NCBI GenBank assembly: GCA_016871995.1
Contig: VHBL01000003.1
Span: forward strand, 30,001 to 62,000
Direction: 5' to 3'
Source of the DNA: Nitrososphaerota archaeon
GTDB taxonomy: Archaea; Thermoproteota; Nitrososphaeria; Nitrososphaerales; UBA57
DNA length: 32,000 nucleotides
The translations under genes were made by a program, and so were the position numbers. Positions 6,825-15,810 of the stretch are shown piece by piece. Below the pieces are notes generated by a model that was given only the letters and a program-made list of their open reading frames with translations, searched no databases and was not told where the DNA came from. The stretch's first letter is position 1; the number at the start of each line of letters is the position of its first letter.

Positions 6825-7781
6825 TTAGCTGAGCCCAAATTCAGCAAGTTTCTTGTTGTTCTTCTCAATGCCTTTTACTTCTGCTTCAGTAGGGAAGAAG
6901 TATTTTTCGTTCCACCCTTCAGGAAGTTTCTCAGGCGACTTACCCGTTAAAGCAAGTACGCCCCATATCTTTCCGATAGATGCTTGACCCTCTTTCGATG
7001 CAAGGAAGTCAAGGAAATGCCTAGCGGAGGGGCTATCCTCTGCATTTTTCATCAACCCTGCGGTTGTAAACGTGTACAGCCTAGGAAGTTCCTTTACCCT
7101 GAGCTGCTGCAAATGTGCCCCTTCCTCTTTAAGGCGATAGAAAGCCAGCGAATAGGCTGCCAGAGCGATAGACTTCTCACCAGCCTCTAAAGCCTGAAGC
7201 AAGTGATCTATGCAGTCGTATGTCTGCGGTTTGATTTTACCAACAATATTCAAAACCTCTTTCCATCGCCGTTCTCCAAGAATCCTCTTTAGCGCACAAA
7301 GATAGTATGCAGTAAGGTTTCCAGCAGAGGACGCTAGGACAGCTTGACTTCCAATCTTGCTTCTAAACCCGTCTGCAAATTCCTTTATGCTGTTAGGAAC
7401 GTTCCCATTAAGCCGTTCGCTGTATACAGGAAACATCGAAGTTATCCCAATGGCCATCCATGTCTTCGAACTGTCTTGGGCAAATTGAGGAAAAGAGTTT
7501 GAAGGAGAGTATCTCGCTAGAAGCCCTCTATGCTTCATCTGGAGCAGAAGATAATGCGGAGCAATTACAATATCAGCGGTAGGCAGACCAGCCTTGATCT
7601 CTCCTTCAACTCTTTTCAAGACGGGAAATGGATGATCATCCAAATAAGCCGGAAACTCTTCAAGAGTGTACTTTCTGCGGAATGTCCACAGGAGATCGCT
7701 TACTCCCCTTCTTACTCCCATGGACGCATAAATAGTTGTACGCCTTCCCTTTGTCTTGACCATCTGCATGCGCAGAAACAT
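6825..7781 (-). CDS. type-II periplasmic-binding-protein fold, Fbp/AfuA-like solute-binding protein homologue without a signal peptide
   Basis: TTIYASMG...ADIVIAPHYLLLQMKHRGLLARYSP...ARHFLDFLASKEGQ matches the iron(III)/AfuA-type SBP pattern. There is no hydrophobic N-terminus or lipobox. No permease or ATPase gene is adjacent. Confidence 0.7.
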   Translation of the reverse strand: MFLRMQMVKTKGRRTTIYASMGVRRGVSDLLWTFRRKYTLEEFPAYLDDHPFPVLKRVEGEIKAGLPTADIVIAPHYLLLQMKHRGLLARYSPSNSFPQFAQDSSKTWMAIGITSMFPVYSERLNGNVPNSIKEFADGFRSKIGSQAVLASSAGNLTAYYLCALKRILGERRWKEVLNIVGKIKPQTYDCIDHLLQALEAGEKSIALAAYSLAFYRLKEEGAHLQQLRVKELPRLYTFTTAGLMKNAEDSPSARHFLDFLASKEGQASIGKIWGVLALTGKSPEKLPEGWNEKYFFPTEAEVKGIEKNNKKLAEFGLS

Positions 7782-7853
7782 TCGGCTAAATCATCATGTC
7801 GTAAGAATAATTCTAACCTAACCCTTATACTGAATTCATAAAAATTTTCTTCC

Positions 7854-8774
7854 ATGCACACGATAAAGCACGGCTACTATGCACCCTATTTTTACTGGAT
7901 GTTTCCTTTAATCGTAGCTAATGAAGAAGCAATCTTCCCTAAAGTTGGCGTTGATTTCAAGGTTACAGACATTGTAGCAGGAGGACAGCCTGAAAACAAG
8001 GCAGATTGGTACCTCGAAGCATTTCAAAAGGGAGTACGCGACTTTTACTTCTGCTGCGCTTGGCAGGGAGTTTATAGTACTAACACGACTAGGAAGGGAA
8101 GAATAATAGCAGCCGCTCCATCAACTCTTCTCAAAACCTTTGCAATCTACACGAAACCTGATTCTGACGTGAAGAGCGTCTACGATCTTGGGAAGAACAG
8201 GTATGCCGTTGCGGTTAACAAGTTTGCAGACGCGCATTACGTTACGCTCAAGAACATGAGGCAGTTTCTGCCTGATTCTCAGATACAGCTTGCACACCTT
8301 GGCGGAGTAGAACAGTGTTTCAGAGCCCTCTTGGATGGCAAGGTCAAGGCAGCTACTCTTGCAGGACCTTATGCTGACTTTGCGCAGTATATAGGGATGA
8401 GGAGAGTATTGGGCCTGTCGAGAGACGAGCCTACATTCATAGTTATGGATGAAACATTCGACAAGGAAACAGTTTCAGTATTTTTGAAAGCGGTCAATAT
8501 GGCGATCGCAAGGATAAGGGAAAATCCAGAAAGATACAGGGATAGATACTACAAAGAATTCGAAATGGTGGTGAAGGCTTTCCTCCAAGAACTCGCGCCG
8601 AATCTCAAAGGATTCAGGGAGAGGATGGAGATTCCGGTCTGGGCAGACTTGAGGCAAGTCACTAGGCAAGAGTTCGAAACTATAAGGAACTTTATGGAGG
8701 AAACAGGCCTGATAACTGGGAAGACTACTTATGAGGAGCTCGTCAACCCAGAATCTCCCATACTGGCAAAGTAG
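7854..8774 (+). CDS. NMT1/THI5/SsuA-like binding-protein-fold protein, cytoplasmic
   Basis: HGYYAPYFYWMFPLIVANEEAIFPKVGVDFKV and a later LLDGKVKAATLAGPYADFA are typical of NMT1/SsuA-like domains. No signal peptide. Confidence 0.65.
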   Translation: MHTIKHGYYAPYFYWMFPLIVANEEAIFPKVGVDFKVTDIVAGGQPENKADWYLEAFQKGVRDFYFCCAWQGVYSTNTTRKGRIIAAAPSTLLKTFAIYTKPDSDVKSVYDLGKNRYAVAVNKFADAHYVTLKNMRQFLPDSQIQLAHLGGVEQCFRALLDGKVKAATLAGPYADFAQYIGMRRVLGLSRDEPTFIVMDETFDKETVSVFLKAVNMAIARIRENPERYRDRYYKEFEMVVKAFLQELAPNLKGFRERMEIPVWADLRQVTRQEFETIRNFMEETGLITGKTTYEELVNPESPILAK

Positions 8775-8843
8775 GTCTCATGGAGACGCGTTAGAATTAT
8801 TCTACCACATTGCTCAAATTTGTTATAATTAGCGGGAAGAACC

Positions 8844-9785
8844 ATGTCAAAAACATTCAGGTTGAAGGTAAAGAACTCCTACATCCCTTGGTCATTCCTT
8901 GACATAATTGCCAAAGACGATGGATTATTCGCAAAGAGAGACATTTCAATAGACTTCTTCAGTGTAGGCAAGGCCGAGTCAGAACCATCGGACAAGATAA
9001 GGTGGTATTCAGACTTGGTGAAGACGGACAAGCTTGATGCCTATTCTGTATGCGCTTGGGGGGCGATAGACAGGCTCGCTGGTGCAGAGACACAGAAGGA
9101 GAAGATACTTGCAGCCTCCACATCTTCGTCATACGCCTTTTCAATAATAGTTCAGCCGGGTTTAGGAATAAAGACGGCAAAGGATCTAGCGGAGATACCA
9201 ATAGCGGTGAACATGAAGACTGGTTCCCATTATTGCGTACTTAGCGACCTTGAAAGGGCACTACCTTACGACAGCATCAAAGTTGTTCACGGAGGGGAAC
9301 CACAGAGCAGGCTAAAAGGACTGATTGATGGAAAGTTCCAAGCAGTTGCATTGATAAGCCCATATACAGAACTTGCGATAAAACTTGGATATCCTAAAGT
9401 TGCAGAGACCAAAACTGTCGATGTTCTAGCATTCGTTGCCAGAGACGACATACCGATGGACACTATGGTAAAGTATCTTGATGCTCTAAACGAGGCTTCA
9501 AAGCAGCTCAGGGCCGATCCCGAGAAGTACAGGAATCTGTACATTAGGACATTCAGGGAAACCTTCGCTGGATATCCTGAAGATCTCAGGGCCAGAGTGA
9601 ACAAGGTTATTGACCAGATAGGCTCGACGGTGCCGATAACCACATGGGGAGAACTAGTTTCTTATCCAAAGGAGTCCTTCAACCAGCTTAGCACATGGAT
9701 GAGCAAGCACAATTTGCTACAGTCAAAGGTGGACTATGAGAGTCTTGTGCTGGAGCAGCCCTTAGCAAAGGCAAAGGGCCATTAG
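8844..9785 (+). CDS. NMT1/THI5/SsuA-like binding-protein-fold protein, diverged paralogue of 7854-8774
   Basis: Same architecture and length (313 vs 306 aa). It shares CAWG/CAWQG, LIDGKFQAVALISPYTELA vs LLDGKVKAATLAGPYADFA, and PEKYRNLY vs PERYRDRY. No signal peptide. Confidence 0.65.
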   Translation: MSKTFRLKVKNSYIPWSFLDIIAKDDGLFAKRDISIDFFSVGKAESEPSDKIRWYSDLVKTDKLDAYSVCAWGAIDRLAGAETQKEKILAASTSSSYAFSIIVQPGLGIKTAKDLAEIPIAVNMKTGSHYCVLSDLERALPYDSIKVVHGGEPQSRLKGLIDGKFQAVALISPYTELAIKLGYPKVAETKTVDVLAFVARDDIPMDTMVKYLDALNEASKQLRADPEKYRNLYIRTFRETFAGYPEDLRARVNKVIDQIGSTVPITTWGELVSYPKESFNQLSTWMSKHNLLQSKVDYESLVLEQPLAKAKGH

Positions 9786-10630
9786 CGAGGAATAGCGTCG
9801 TAAAACTGTTCGGCTCCAGAATACTTGTTGTAAAGGAGCCGAAAGTTTCTTTCTACTATCATTTTTAATTTCCAATCTTCACTCCCTTCCAGTATCGGGA
9901 TATCCTTAGTACCCTCCTTTACCCGCTTACGCACTTCTGTATCGAACTTTCTCAAGTAACTTGCAAACGTCCCAACGTGCTCTTTTGAGGAGATAGTCCC
10001 ATGCCCGGGGACTATCTGGTCAATTCGCATCCCCTTGATTTCTTCTAGCCTGTTAAGCCATGCAGGCAAGTTAGCATCTTCAATGTTCGGATGGTAATTT
10101 ACTGACAGCACATCCCCAGAAATCAGAACTTTGTCATCAGGCAATAGTACCATAGTATCTCCATCTGTATGTGCCCCTTTTTTGGGGTGAATTATCTTGA
10201 GAGTCTTTTCTCCAAAATATTCTACGAAACCTTCTTTGTACGTTCGCTGAGGAGGAGCTATTGAGATTCCATCCAGATCTTCTTTGAGCTTTCTGCCTAA
10301 CCTTCTATATGCTTTAATTCTTTCTTCGCCTCTCCCAATAATTCTCGTCTTGCAATTCTCATGAGCAAGTATTGTGGCTTCAAAGACGGAGTTTCCGAAG
10401 ACATGGTCTGAGTGATCGTGCGTATTTATCACAAGTTTTACAGGTTTATAGGTTCTCTTCTTGATCTCCTTGAGAAGCGAATAAGATATCTTGTTCGTGA
10501 AACCTGTATCAATCAGAATTACCCCATCATGAGTGACTATGAAGGTCTGGTTTGCACCCCAGCCGTCGTGGATGCTGTCGCTCTTTCCGAGATTTACAAA
10601 AACGTTCTCTGCAACTTGCTTAACCGGCAT
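9782..10630 (-). CDS. metallo-beta-lactamase-fold hydrolase
   Basis: H-x-H-x-D-H motif (NTHDHSDH), then GAHTDGD, ISGD and PGHG. The start lies 3 nt after the TDO stop, and the 3' end overlaps 8844-9785 by 4 nt. Confidence 0.85.
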   Translation of the reverse strand: MPVKQVAENVFVNLGKSDSIHDGWGANQTFIVTHDGVILIDTGFTNKISYSLLKEIKKRTYKPVKLVINTHDHSDHVFGNSVFEATILAHENCKTRIIGRGEERIKAYRRLGRKLKEDLDGISIAPPQRTYKEGFVEYFGEKTLKIIHPKKGAHTDGDTMVLLPDDKVLISGDVLSVNYHPNIEDANLPAWLNRLEEIKGMRIDQIVPGHGTISSKEHVGTFASYLRKFDTEVRKRVKEGTKDIPILEGSEDWKLKMIVERNFRLLYNKYSGAEQFYDAIPR

Positions 10631-10633
10631 GTT

Positions 10634-11461
10634 CTATGCTTCGCTGATTTCAGTTCGCGCCTCCCAGAGTACTGGGAAGAACCTTTTTGTCAGTGATGTT
10701 TGAAGATAAGAAACTCCAGATATGTTGAAGGCATAAGGTCCCACAACGTCCTTGACAATTTCAGAACCTGTTCCCTGCTTCCTGCCTATTACGCGCTCCA
10801 CCATTGCTATATGATGGGTTCTCCAGAGCCAGAAATTCTTATCATATTCCATTAACACTTCAGCAAGCTCTTCAACTTCTGGATACTTTTTGCCAGAAAA
10901 GAGCCTTACGAGGGCCTTAAGCTCCTTCTTGTAGAGTTTTCTCTTAGAGTCAGCGTTAATATCGAATTTATAGCGTTCAAGAACTTCTCTAAAACCATCC
11001 CACAATGAAGGGGACTCGAACCGTTTCAGCAGTTGCTCATAATCAGATTCGTCATCTTCATGCATCTTTAGGAATTTCTCATCCTTTTGACCAGAAACGA
11101 ATTCCAATTCTCTGAACTGCAAAGATTGAAAGCCACTAGCAGGTCTGAGCAGAGTACGGAACTTCAAGAAGTCTTTTGGCCTTATCGTTTCCAATACTGT
11201 GATTTGCTGAATAAGGACCTTCTGAACTTCCACGACCCTTCGTATCAGCCTAGTAGCTTCAGGTACATCTCCTGCCAGCATGTGCGAAATAGCAGATTCG
11301 AGTTCATTGAGCATCAGTTTGAACCATAATTCGTATGTCTGGTGGGCAATTATGAACAGAACTTCGTCTTGCTGCCTCGGCTTCGAAATTAGCTTCTGCA
11401 GACCAAGCAGGTGATCTATATGCAGATATCCTTTGTAGGAGAGAGGCTTCTTTGCTGACAA
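10634..11461 (-). CDS. kynA: tryptophan 2,3-dioxygenase (heme-dependent, bacterial TDO type)
   Basis: YLHIDHLLGLQ, the distal-His motif IIAHQTYELWFKLML, SGFQSLQFRELEF, the proximal-His region WRTHHIAMVERVIGRKQGTGS, and FPVLW. Confidence 0.85.
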   Translation of the reverse strand: MSAKKPLSYKGYLHIDHLLGLQKLISKPRQQDEVLFIIAHQTYELWFKLMLNELESAISHMLAGDVPEATRLIRRVVEVQKVLIQQITVLETIRPKDFLKFRTLLRPASGFQSLQFRELEFVSGQKDEKFLKMHEDDESDYEQLLKRFESPSLWDGFREVLERYKFDINADSKRKLYKKELKALVRLFSGKKYPEVEELAEVLMEYDKNFWLWRTHHIAMVERVIGRKQGTGSEIVKDVVGPYAFNISGVSYLQTSLTKRFFPVLWEARTEISEA

Positions 11462-11472
11462 TTTTTGCTCTT

Positions 11473-12840
11473 TTACTTGTTGACCCAGGGGTAAAGCTCT
11501 TTTAATCCATTAAGAGCCTTCTTTATTGCCTTAACATCGGCATCATTCTTCTCCATATGTCCCTCTTTATATTCCCTGTAAGCCTCTAAATCTAGCAGTC
11601 CATGTCCGCAAAGGTTGAACAGAATGACTTTCTTTTCACCTGTCTGCTTGCACTTCTTTGCTTCGTCGATAACGCCTTTTATCGCGTGAGCAGTTTCTGG
11701 AGCGGCTACTATGCCTTCAGTACTTGCAAAGAAAGCCGCAGCGTCAAATATCTCCGTCTGGTTGTATGCTACGACATCGATCTGCTTTTCATGGTACAAT
11801 AAGCTCATTGATGGTGCAGCCCCGTGTACTCTTAACCCTCCAGTATGGATTGGTGGAGGTACAAAATTATGACCTATGGTGTACATTCTGAAGAGTGGGC
11901 TAGTTCTCATGACGTCCGAATGATCATACAGATATTCGCCTTTAGTAAACCTTGGTGCTGCGGTCGATTCTACCCCGAGGAACCGAACATCCTTTGGAGC
12001 TCTCTTGCTGATCTTGTCATAGTAATAGGGCCAGAATATGCCAGAGAAGTTGCTCCCTCCTCCCACACAGCCTACTACAATATCGGGGTAGTCGCCGTAA
12101 GGTTCAAACTGTTTCTGCGCTTCCAATCCGATCAAAGTTTGACTTGCAAGAACGAAGTTCATTATGCTCCCTACAGCATTTCTTGCCTTTTCATCACGCA
12201 TGACATCCTCTATAGCCTCGCTTTTGGCTATGCTCATAGATCCTGGGCCGTCAGGATCGTCTTGCAGAACATTCTTTCCAACAGAAGTGTTTGTGCTAGG
12301 GCTAGCGAAGATTTGCGCACCCCATGCCTCCGCTAGGTCTTTGCGGTAGGGCTTCTGATCGAAAGCCGCTCTTGCCATATAGATAGTGCATTTTACTCCG
12401 AATAACTTGCAGCCAAATGCAAGTGCCGTGCCCCACTGTCCAGCAGTAGTGCTGGTAACTAATCTTTCAATCCCTTCCTTCGCTGCGTAATATGCCTGAG
12501 CAACTGCAGCATTTGCCTTATGCGATCCTGGGGGACTTACGGATTCATTTTTGTAATAGATTCTTGCAGGCGTGTTTAGAGCTCTTTCAAGCCTTCTCGC
12601 TCTAACAAATGGCGTAGGCCTCCAAATCGAGTATATCTGCCTCAGCTCTTCGGGGATCTGGATGAACCGCTCGTTCGAGTATTCGTGTCTTGCAAGCTCT
12701 CTAATGAAAAGCCTATGCAGGATGGCTTTGTCTGCGACCTGCCTTGTCTTTGGATCAATTACAGGCGGAAGTTTCTTGGGTAAATCGGGAACTATGTTGT
12801 ACCACTGTGCTGGTATTGACTCTAATGCAGTAGCTAGCAT
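11473..12840 (-). CDS. trpB2: tryptophan synthase beta chain-like PLP enzyme, long TrpB2 type
   Basis: 455 aa with the TrpB2-type N-terminal extension. PLP-lysine motif PPGSHKANAAVAQAYYA, plus GCVGGGSNFSG. No trpA is nearby. Confidence 0.85.
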   Translation of the reverse strand: MLATALESIPAQWYNIVPDLPKKLPPVIDPKTRQVADKAILHRLFIRELARHEYSNERFIQIPEELRQIYSIWRPTPFVRARRLERALNTPARIYYKNESVSPPGSHKANAAVAQAYYAAKEGIERLVTSTTAGQWGTALAFGCKLFGVKCTIYMARAAFDQKPYRKDLAEAWGAQIFASPSTNTSVGKNVLQDDPDGPGSMSIAKSEAIEDVMRDEKARNAVGSIMNFVLASQTLIGLEAQKQFEPYGDYPDIVVGCVGGGSNFSGIFWPYYYDKISKRAPKDVRFLGVESTAAPRFTKGEYLYDHSDVMRTSPLFRMYTIGHNFVPPPIHTGGLRVHGAAPSMSLLYHEKQIDVVAYNQTEIFDAAAFFASTEGIVAAPETAHAIKGVIDEAKKCKQTGEKKVILFNLCGHGLLDLEAYREYKEGHMEKNDADVKAIKKALNGLKELYPWVNK

Positions 12841-12860
12841 GGAAAAGTCTTCTTTAGAGT

Positions 12861-12870
12861 CTATTAATAG
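12861..12870 (-). promoter_or_regulatory. TATA-like box upstream of trpB2 with leaderless-type spacing
   Basis: On the minus strand, CTATTAATAG lies 21-30 nt upstream of the trpB2 ATG (12840). This fits an archaeal TATA box about 26 nt from a TSS at or near the start codon. Confidence 0.3.
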
Positions 12871-12898
12871 AATTCCGTTAGAATCTCTCTAACAGCAT

Positions 12899-14938
12899 TT
12901 ACTGTTGAAGTATCATTCGCAGCTTTTCAGGATCAGATGTTGGAAGATCGCAGGTAAAGTTCTTGCAGACATATGCGGTAGTTTCTCCCTCCAACTGGAT
13001 CCTGTCTTTCAGCAAAGGTATCATTTCAGAATAATCCTTCCCTGCAGGCTGAAGAGCTACTATGATATCTGGCCTGTAAGTTTCCGATATTATCCGAAGC
13101 ATCCTTTTTGTAATTTCTTCACCCAAACTACCAGATATAGCAACTTCTTTTGGCGGATTCAAAAGATAATCAAGTGCTATTAGCCAGTTAGTCAATCCTG
13201 TAGGATAGTTTTCCATCTGTGTACTTACCGATCTTAGAGCTTTCTCTGTAGATTTTGCAAACTTTGTATCTCCCGTATATGCGAACAGTTTCAGCATGAT
13301 CTGAGCCGCCGCAGACCCCCCAGAAGGGAGAGCCGAATCGAAGGAACTCTTGGGTCTTGCAATTAACTGCTCATGGTCGTCTGATGTGTCGTAATATCCT
13401 CCATCGTTCTTGTCTTCAAAATGATCGATTATCATGTTCGCCATCTTTTTTGCTTCTGCTAGCCATCTTGGGTTAAATGTGCTCTGATACAGTTCGATTA
13501 ACCCATCAGCCAAGAAAGCATAATCTTCCAAATATCCGTTGATCTTTACAGTTCCATCCTTCCATACATGCAATAACCTTCCCTCTCTCTCCATGTTGCC
13601 CAGAATGAATTCTGCATTATTTTCTGCTGCATTTAGGTAATCTTCCCTGCCCAGAACTCTTGCAGCCTCACTCATCCCCGATAGCATCAACCCATTCCAC
13701 GATGCAAGGACCTTGTCGTCCCTTCCAGGTTTTATGCGCTTGTTCCTTTCAGCAAGAAGTTTCTTTCTGCACTCTGTCATTGTCTCTTCGAGTTTCTCTA
13801 CAGAACTCTTCAGCATTGATGCTACTCCGGAAGGCTCTGTTTGAATGTTCAGGATGTTCTTCCCTTCAAAGTTACCCTCCGCTGTAACTCCGTAGTATGC
13901 GCAGAAACTTTCAGCATCAGTTCCAAGAATTCTCTCGATCTCTTGTTTTGTCCAGACGTAGAACTTGCCCTCTTCCCCTTCGCTGTCTGCATCCTGAGTA
14001 GAATAGAACCCTCCATTCGCATCTGTCATCTCCCTTAACACATAGTCAATAGTTTCTTCTACGATCTTTCTGCTGATGGGGTTCTTGTTTATCTGATAAT
14101 CGTGAAGGTAGACTCTGGACAGAAGGGCATTGTCGTAAAGCATCTTTTCGAAATGGGGAACTAGCCATCTGCTGTCAACCGAATAGCGGTGAAAACCTCC
14201 CCCAAGATGATCGTAAACTCCTCCTTGGGCCATTTTCAATAGTGTAAATTCGACCATCTTGTTGGCTTGGGCAAAGCCCTGCCTTCTTCCTATTCTGATC
14301 AGCAACTCCAACGCCGTCGGTTGGGGAAATTTAGGTGCCCTTCCAAAACCACCATTTATTCTATCAAAACTGCTGTCTAACTGTAAAAATGCGACTTCGA
14401 TTGGAAGGTTATTCAGTTCTGCTTTTTCAACAGCTATCTTTTCGTTGAGCCTTTTGTGAAGCTGCTCTGCATCTTTCATAACTTCTTGCTTTCTTGCCTT
14501 GTAAGCTTCGCTTATTGCAGCTAATACTCTTTTGAACGATGGCAGTCCATGGCCCTCATCTGGAGGGAAATACGTACCTCCGAAGAAAGGTTTCCCATCC
14601 GGAGTAAGAAAAACTGTCATAGGCCAGCCACCAGAACCTGTCAGAGCCTGAACGGCTTCCATGTAGACCGTATCCAGATCAGGTCTTTCCTCTCTGTCTA
14701 CCTTTATACTGACAAAATTGTCATTCATTATCTTTGCACTCTCTTCATCTTCAAAAGATTCCTTCTCCATGACGTGACACCAATGGCAAGCAGAATACCC
14801 TATGCTGAGCAGAATCGGCTTATCCTCTTTTCTGGCCCTGGCAAAGGCCTCCTCACCCCAAGGATACCAGTCTACAGGGTTATGCGCATGCTGAAGCAAA
14901 TACGGCGAGGTTTCTTTTGCAAGACGATTAGCATGCAA
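12899..14938 (-). CDS. thioredoxin-domain protein, DUF255/YyaL (SSP411-like) family with an (alpha/alpha)6-barrel C-domain
   Basis: [13 protein letters not shown]...[16 protein letters not shown] at the N-terminus, then GGFHRYSVD and DNALL motifs typical of the family. 679 aa. Confidence 0.85.
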   Translation of the reverse strand: MHANRLAKETSPYLLQHAHNPVDWYPWGEEAFARARKEDKPILLSIGYSACHWCHVMEKESFEDEESAKIMNDNFVSIKVDREERPDLDTVYMEAVQALTGSGGWPMTVFLTPDGKPFFGGTYFPPDEGHGLPSFKRVLAAISEAYKARKQEVMKDAEQLHKRLNEKIAVEKAELNNLPIEVAFLQLDSSFDRINGGFGRAPKFPQPTALELLIRIGRRQGFAQANKMVEFTLLKMAQGGVYDHLGGGFHRYSVDSRWLVPHFEKMLYDNALLSRVYLHDYQINKNPISRKIVEETIDYVLREMTDANGGFYSTQDADSEGEEGKFYVWTKQEIERILGTDAESFCAYYGVTAEGNFEGKNILNIQTEPSGVASMLKSSVEKLEETMTECRKKLLAERNKRIKPGRDDKVLASWNGLMLSGMSEAARVLGREDYLNAAENNAEFILGNMEREGRLLHVWKDGTVKINGYLEDYAFLADGLIELYQSTFNPRWLAEAKKMANMIIDHFEDKNDGGYYDTSDDHEQLIARPKSSFDSALPSGGSAAAQIMLKLFAYTGDTKFAKSTEKALRSVSTQMENYPTGLTNWLIALDYLLNPPKEVAISGSLGEEITKRMLRIISETYRPDIIVALQPAGKDYSEMIPLLKDRIQLEGETTAYVCKNFTCDLPTSDPEKLRMILQQ

Positions 14939-15054
14939 GTTAGATTCCTAGCATCGCTCGAAATCAGCACGATAAAAAGTAGTTCTGTAACATTAAGGCG
15001 AGGTTAAAAGTACGTCAGAAAACAAAGCATTAACACTTGCCTCGTACTTACGAT

Positions 15055-15103
15055 CCCCCTTGTAGCTTTGTACGCAGCTGCGTCTAGGACCCCTACGCGG
15101 GGG
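15055..15103. other. GC-rich nested inverted repeat in a divergent intergenic region (possible small structured RNA or protein-binding site)
   Basis: CCCCC(15055-59)/GGGGG(15099-103) and GTAG(15062-65)/CTAC(15093-96) enclose the perfect 12-nt palindrome ACGCAGCTGCGT (15072-83). A separate 7-bp pair is AAGTACG (15008-14)/CGTACTT (15043-49). Confidence 0.3.
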
Positions 15104-15241
15104 AGTCATGCGTCTGTATATCTGATATTCTGGATTATTTGAGCACACGTCAATAGTAACTTGGTCTGAGGGTACCCGTCTTGCACATAGATGCTATCTA
15201 TCTGAAAGTGAAAAGATCGTTAGACACCAGATAAGTAAGAA

Positions 15242-15249
15242 TTTATAAA
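15242..15249 (+). promoter_or_regulatory. TATA-like box of the ribosomal protein operon
   Basis: TTTATAAA lies 40-47 nt upstream of the TTG start of uS13. It is the only strong TATA-like element between the structured region and the gene. Confidence 0.35.
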
Positions 15250-15288
15250 CCATGCAAACAGTCGGTTCACTTCCGCAAAGGTAAGACA

Positions 15289-15810
15289 TTGTCACAAGAT
15301 TTCAGGTTCATCGTCAGAATGGCAGGGAAAGACCTGCAGGGCACCAAGACCGTGGCGGCAGCCCTAGCAGATCTGAAAGGCGTGGGATACAATTTAGCAA
15401 CAGCCATCTTGGCAGAATGCAAGATAGACCCTAGAAGCAGAGTCGGATCGTTGTCAGACAACCAGATAGCAGATCTTGAAAAGAGCGTAAAGGACATTGG
15501 AGGCCTGAAACTACCTGCCTACCTTTTGAACAGGCAGAAGGACTTGGAAACTGGAAAGAATATACACCTTATAGCCTCTGACCTTGATTTTGCAATAAAA
15601 AACGGCATTGAAATGGAGAAGAACATGCAGAGCTGGAGGGGAATCAGACATTTCCTTGGCCTGAAGGTTAGAGGCCAAAGAACCAGAACTACGGGAAGAA
15701 AGGGGAGGACTATAGGCGTGAAGAAGGTGACGATGATGCCCGGAGGAAGGCCTGCTCAGACGCCAGCGGCCGCTCCAGCAGCGGCTCCAAAGAAGGAGGA
15801 GAAGAAGTAG
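15289..15810 (+). CDS. rps13: 30S ribosomal protein uS13 (S13P)
   Basis: DFRFIVRMAGKDLQG...WRGIRHFLGLKVRGQRTRTTGR is the canonical archaeal S13 pattern. TTG start. Ala/Pro/Lys-rich C-terminal extension. Confidence 0.95.
   Translation: MSQDFRFIVRMAGKDLQGTKTVAAALADLKGVGYNLATAILAECKIDPRSRVGSLSDNQIADLEKSVKDIGGLKLPAYLLNRQKDLETGKNIHLIASDLDFAIKNGIEMEKNMQSWRGIRHFLGLKVRGQRTRTTGRKGRTIGVKKVTMMPGGRPAQTPAAAPAAAPKKEEKK

Noticed and set aside
6807-6832. C-box-like ATGATGA (6807-6813) and D-box-like CTGA (6829-6832), suggesting a C/D box sRNA
   Set aside because: Only 15 nt separate the boxes, there are no C'/D' boxes or terminal stem, and the element overlaps two convergent stop codons. It is too short for a functional C/D guide RNA.
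11602-15007. Multiple plus-strand ORFs (11602-11802, 11845-12336, 12164-12349, 12572-12892, 12905-13183, 13660-13887, 13841-14038, 14259-14459, 14549-15007)
   Set aside because: All lie antisense to the strongly supported trpB2 and DUF255 genes and have Ser/Leu/Cys-rich, motif-less translations. They are shadow ORFs. The same applies to the other short antisense ORFs inside confident genes throughout the window.
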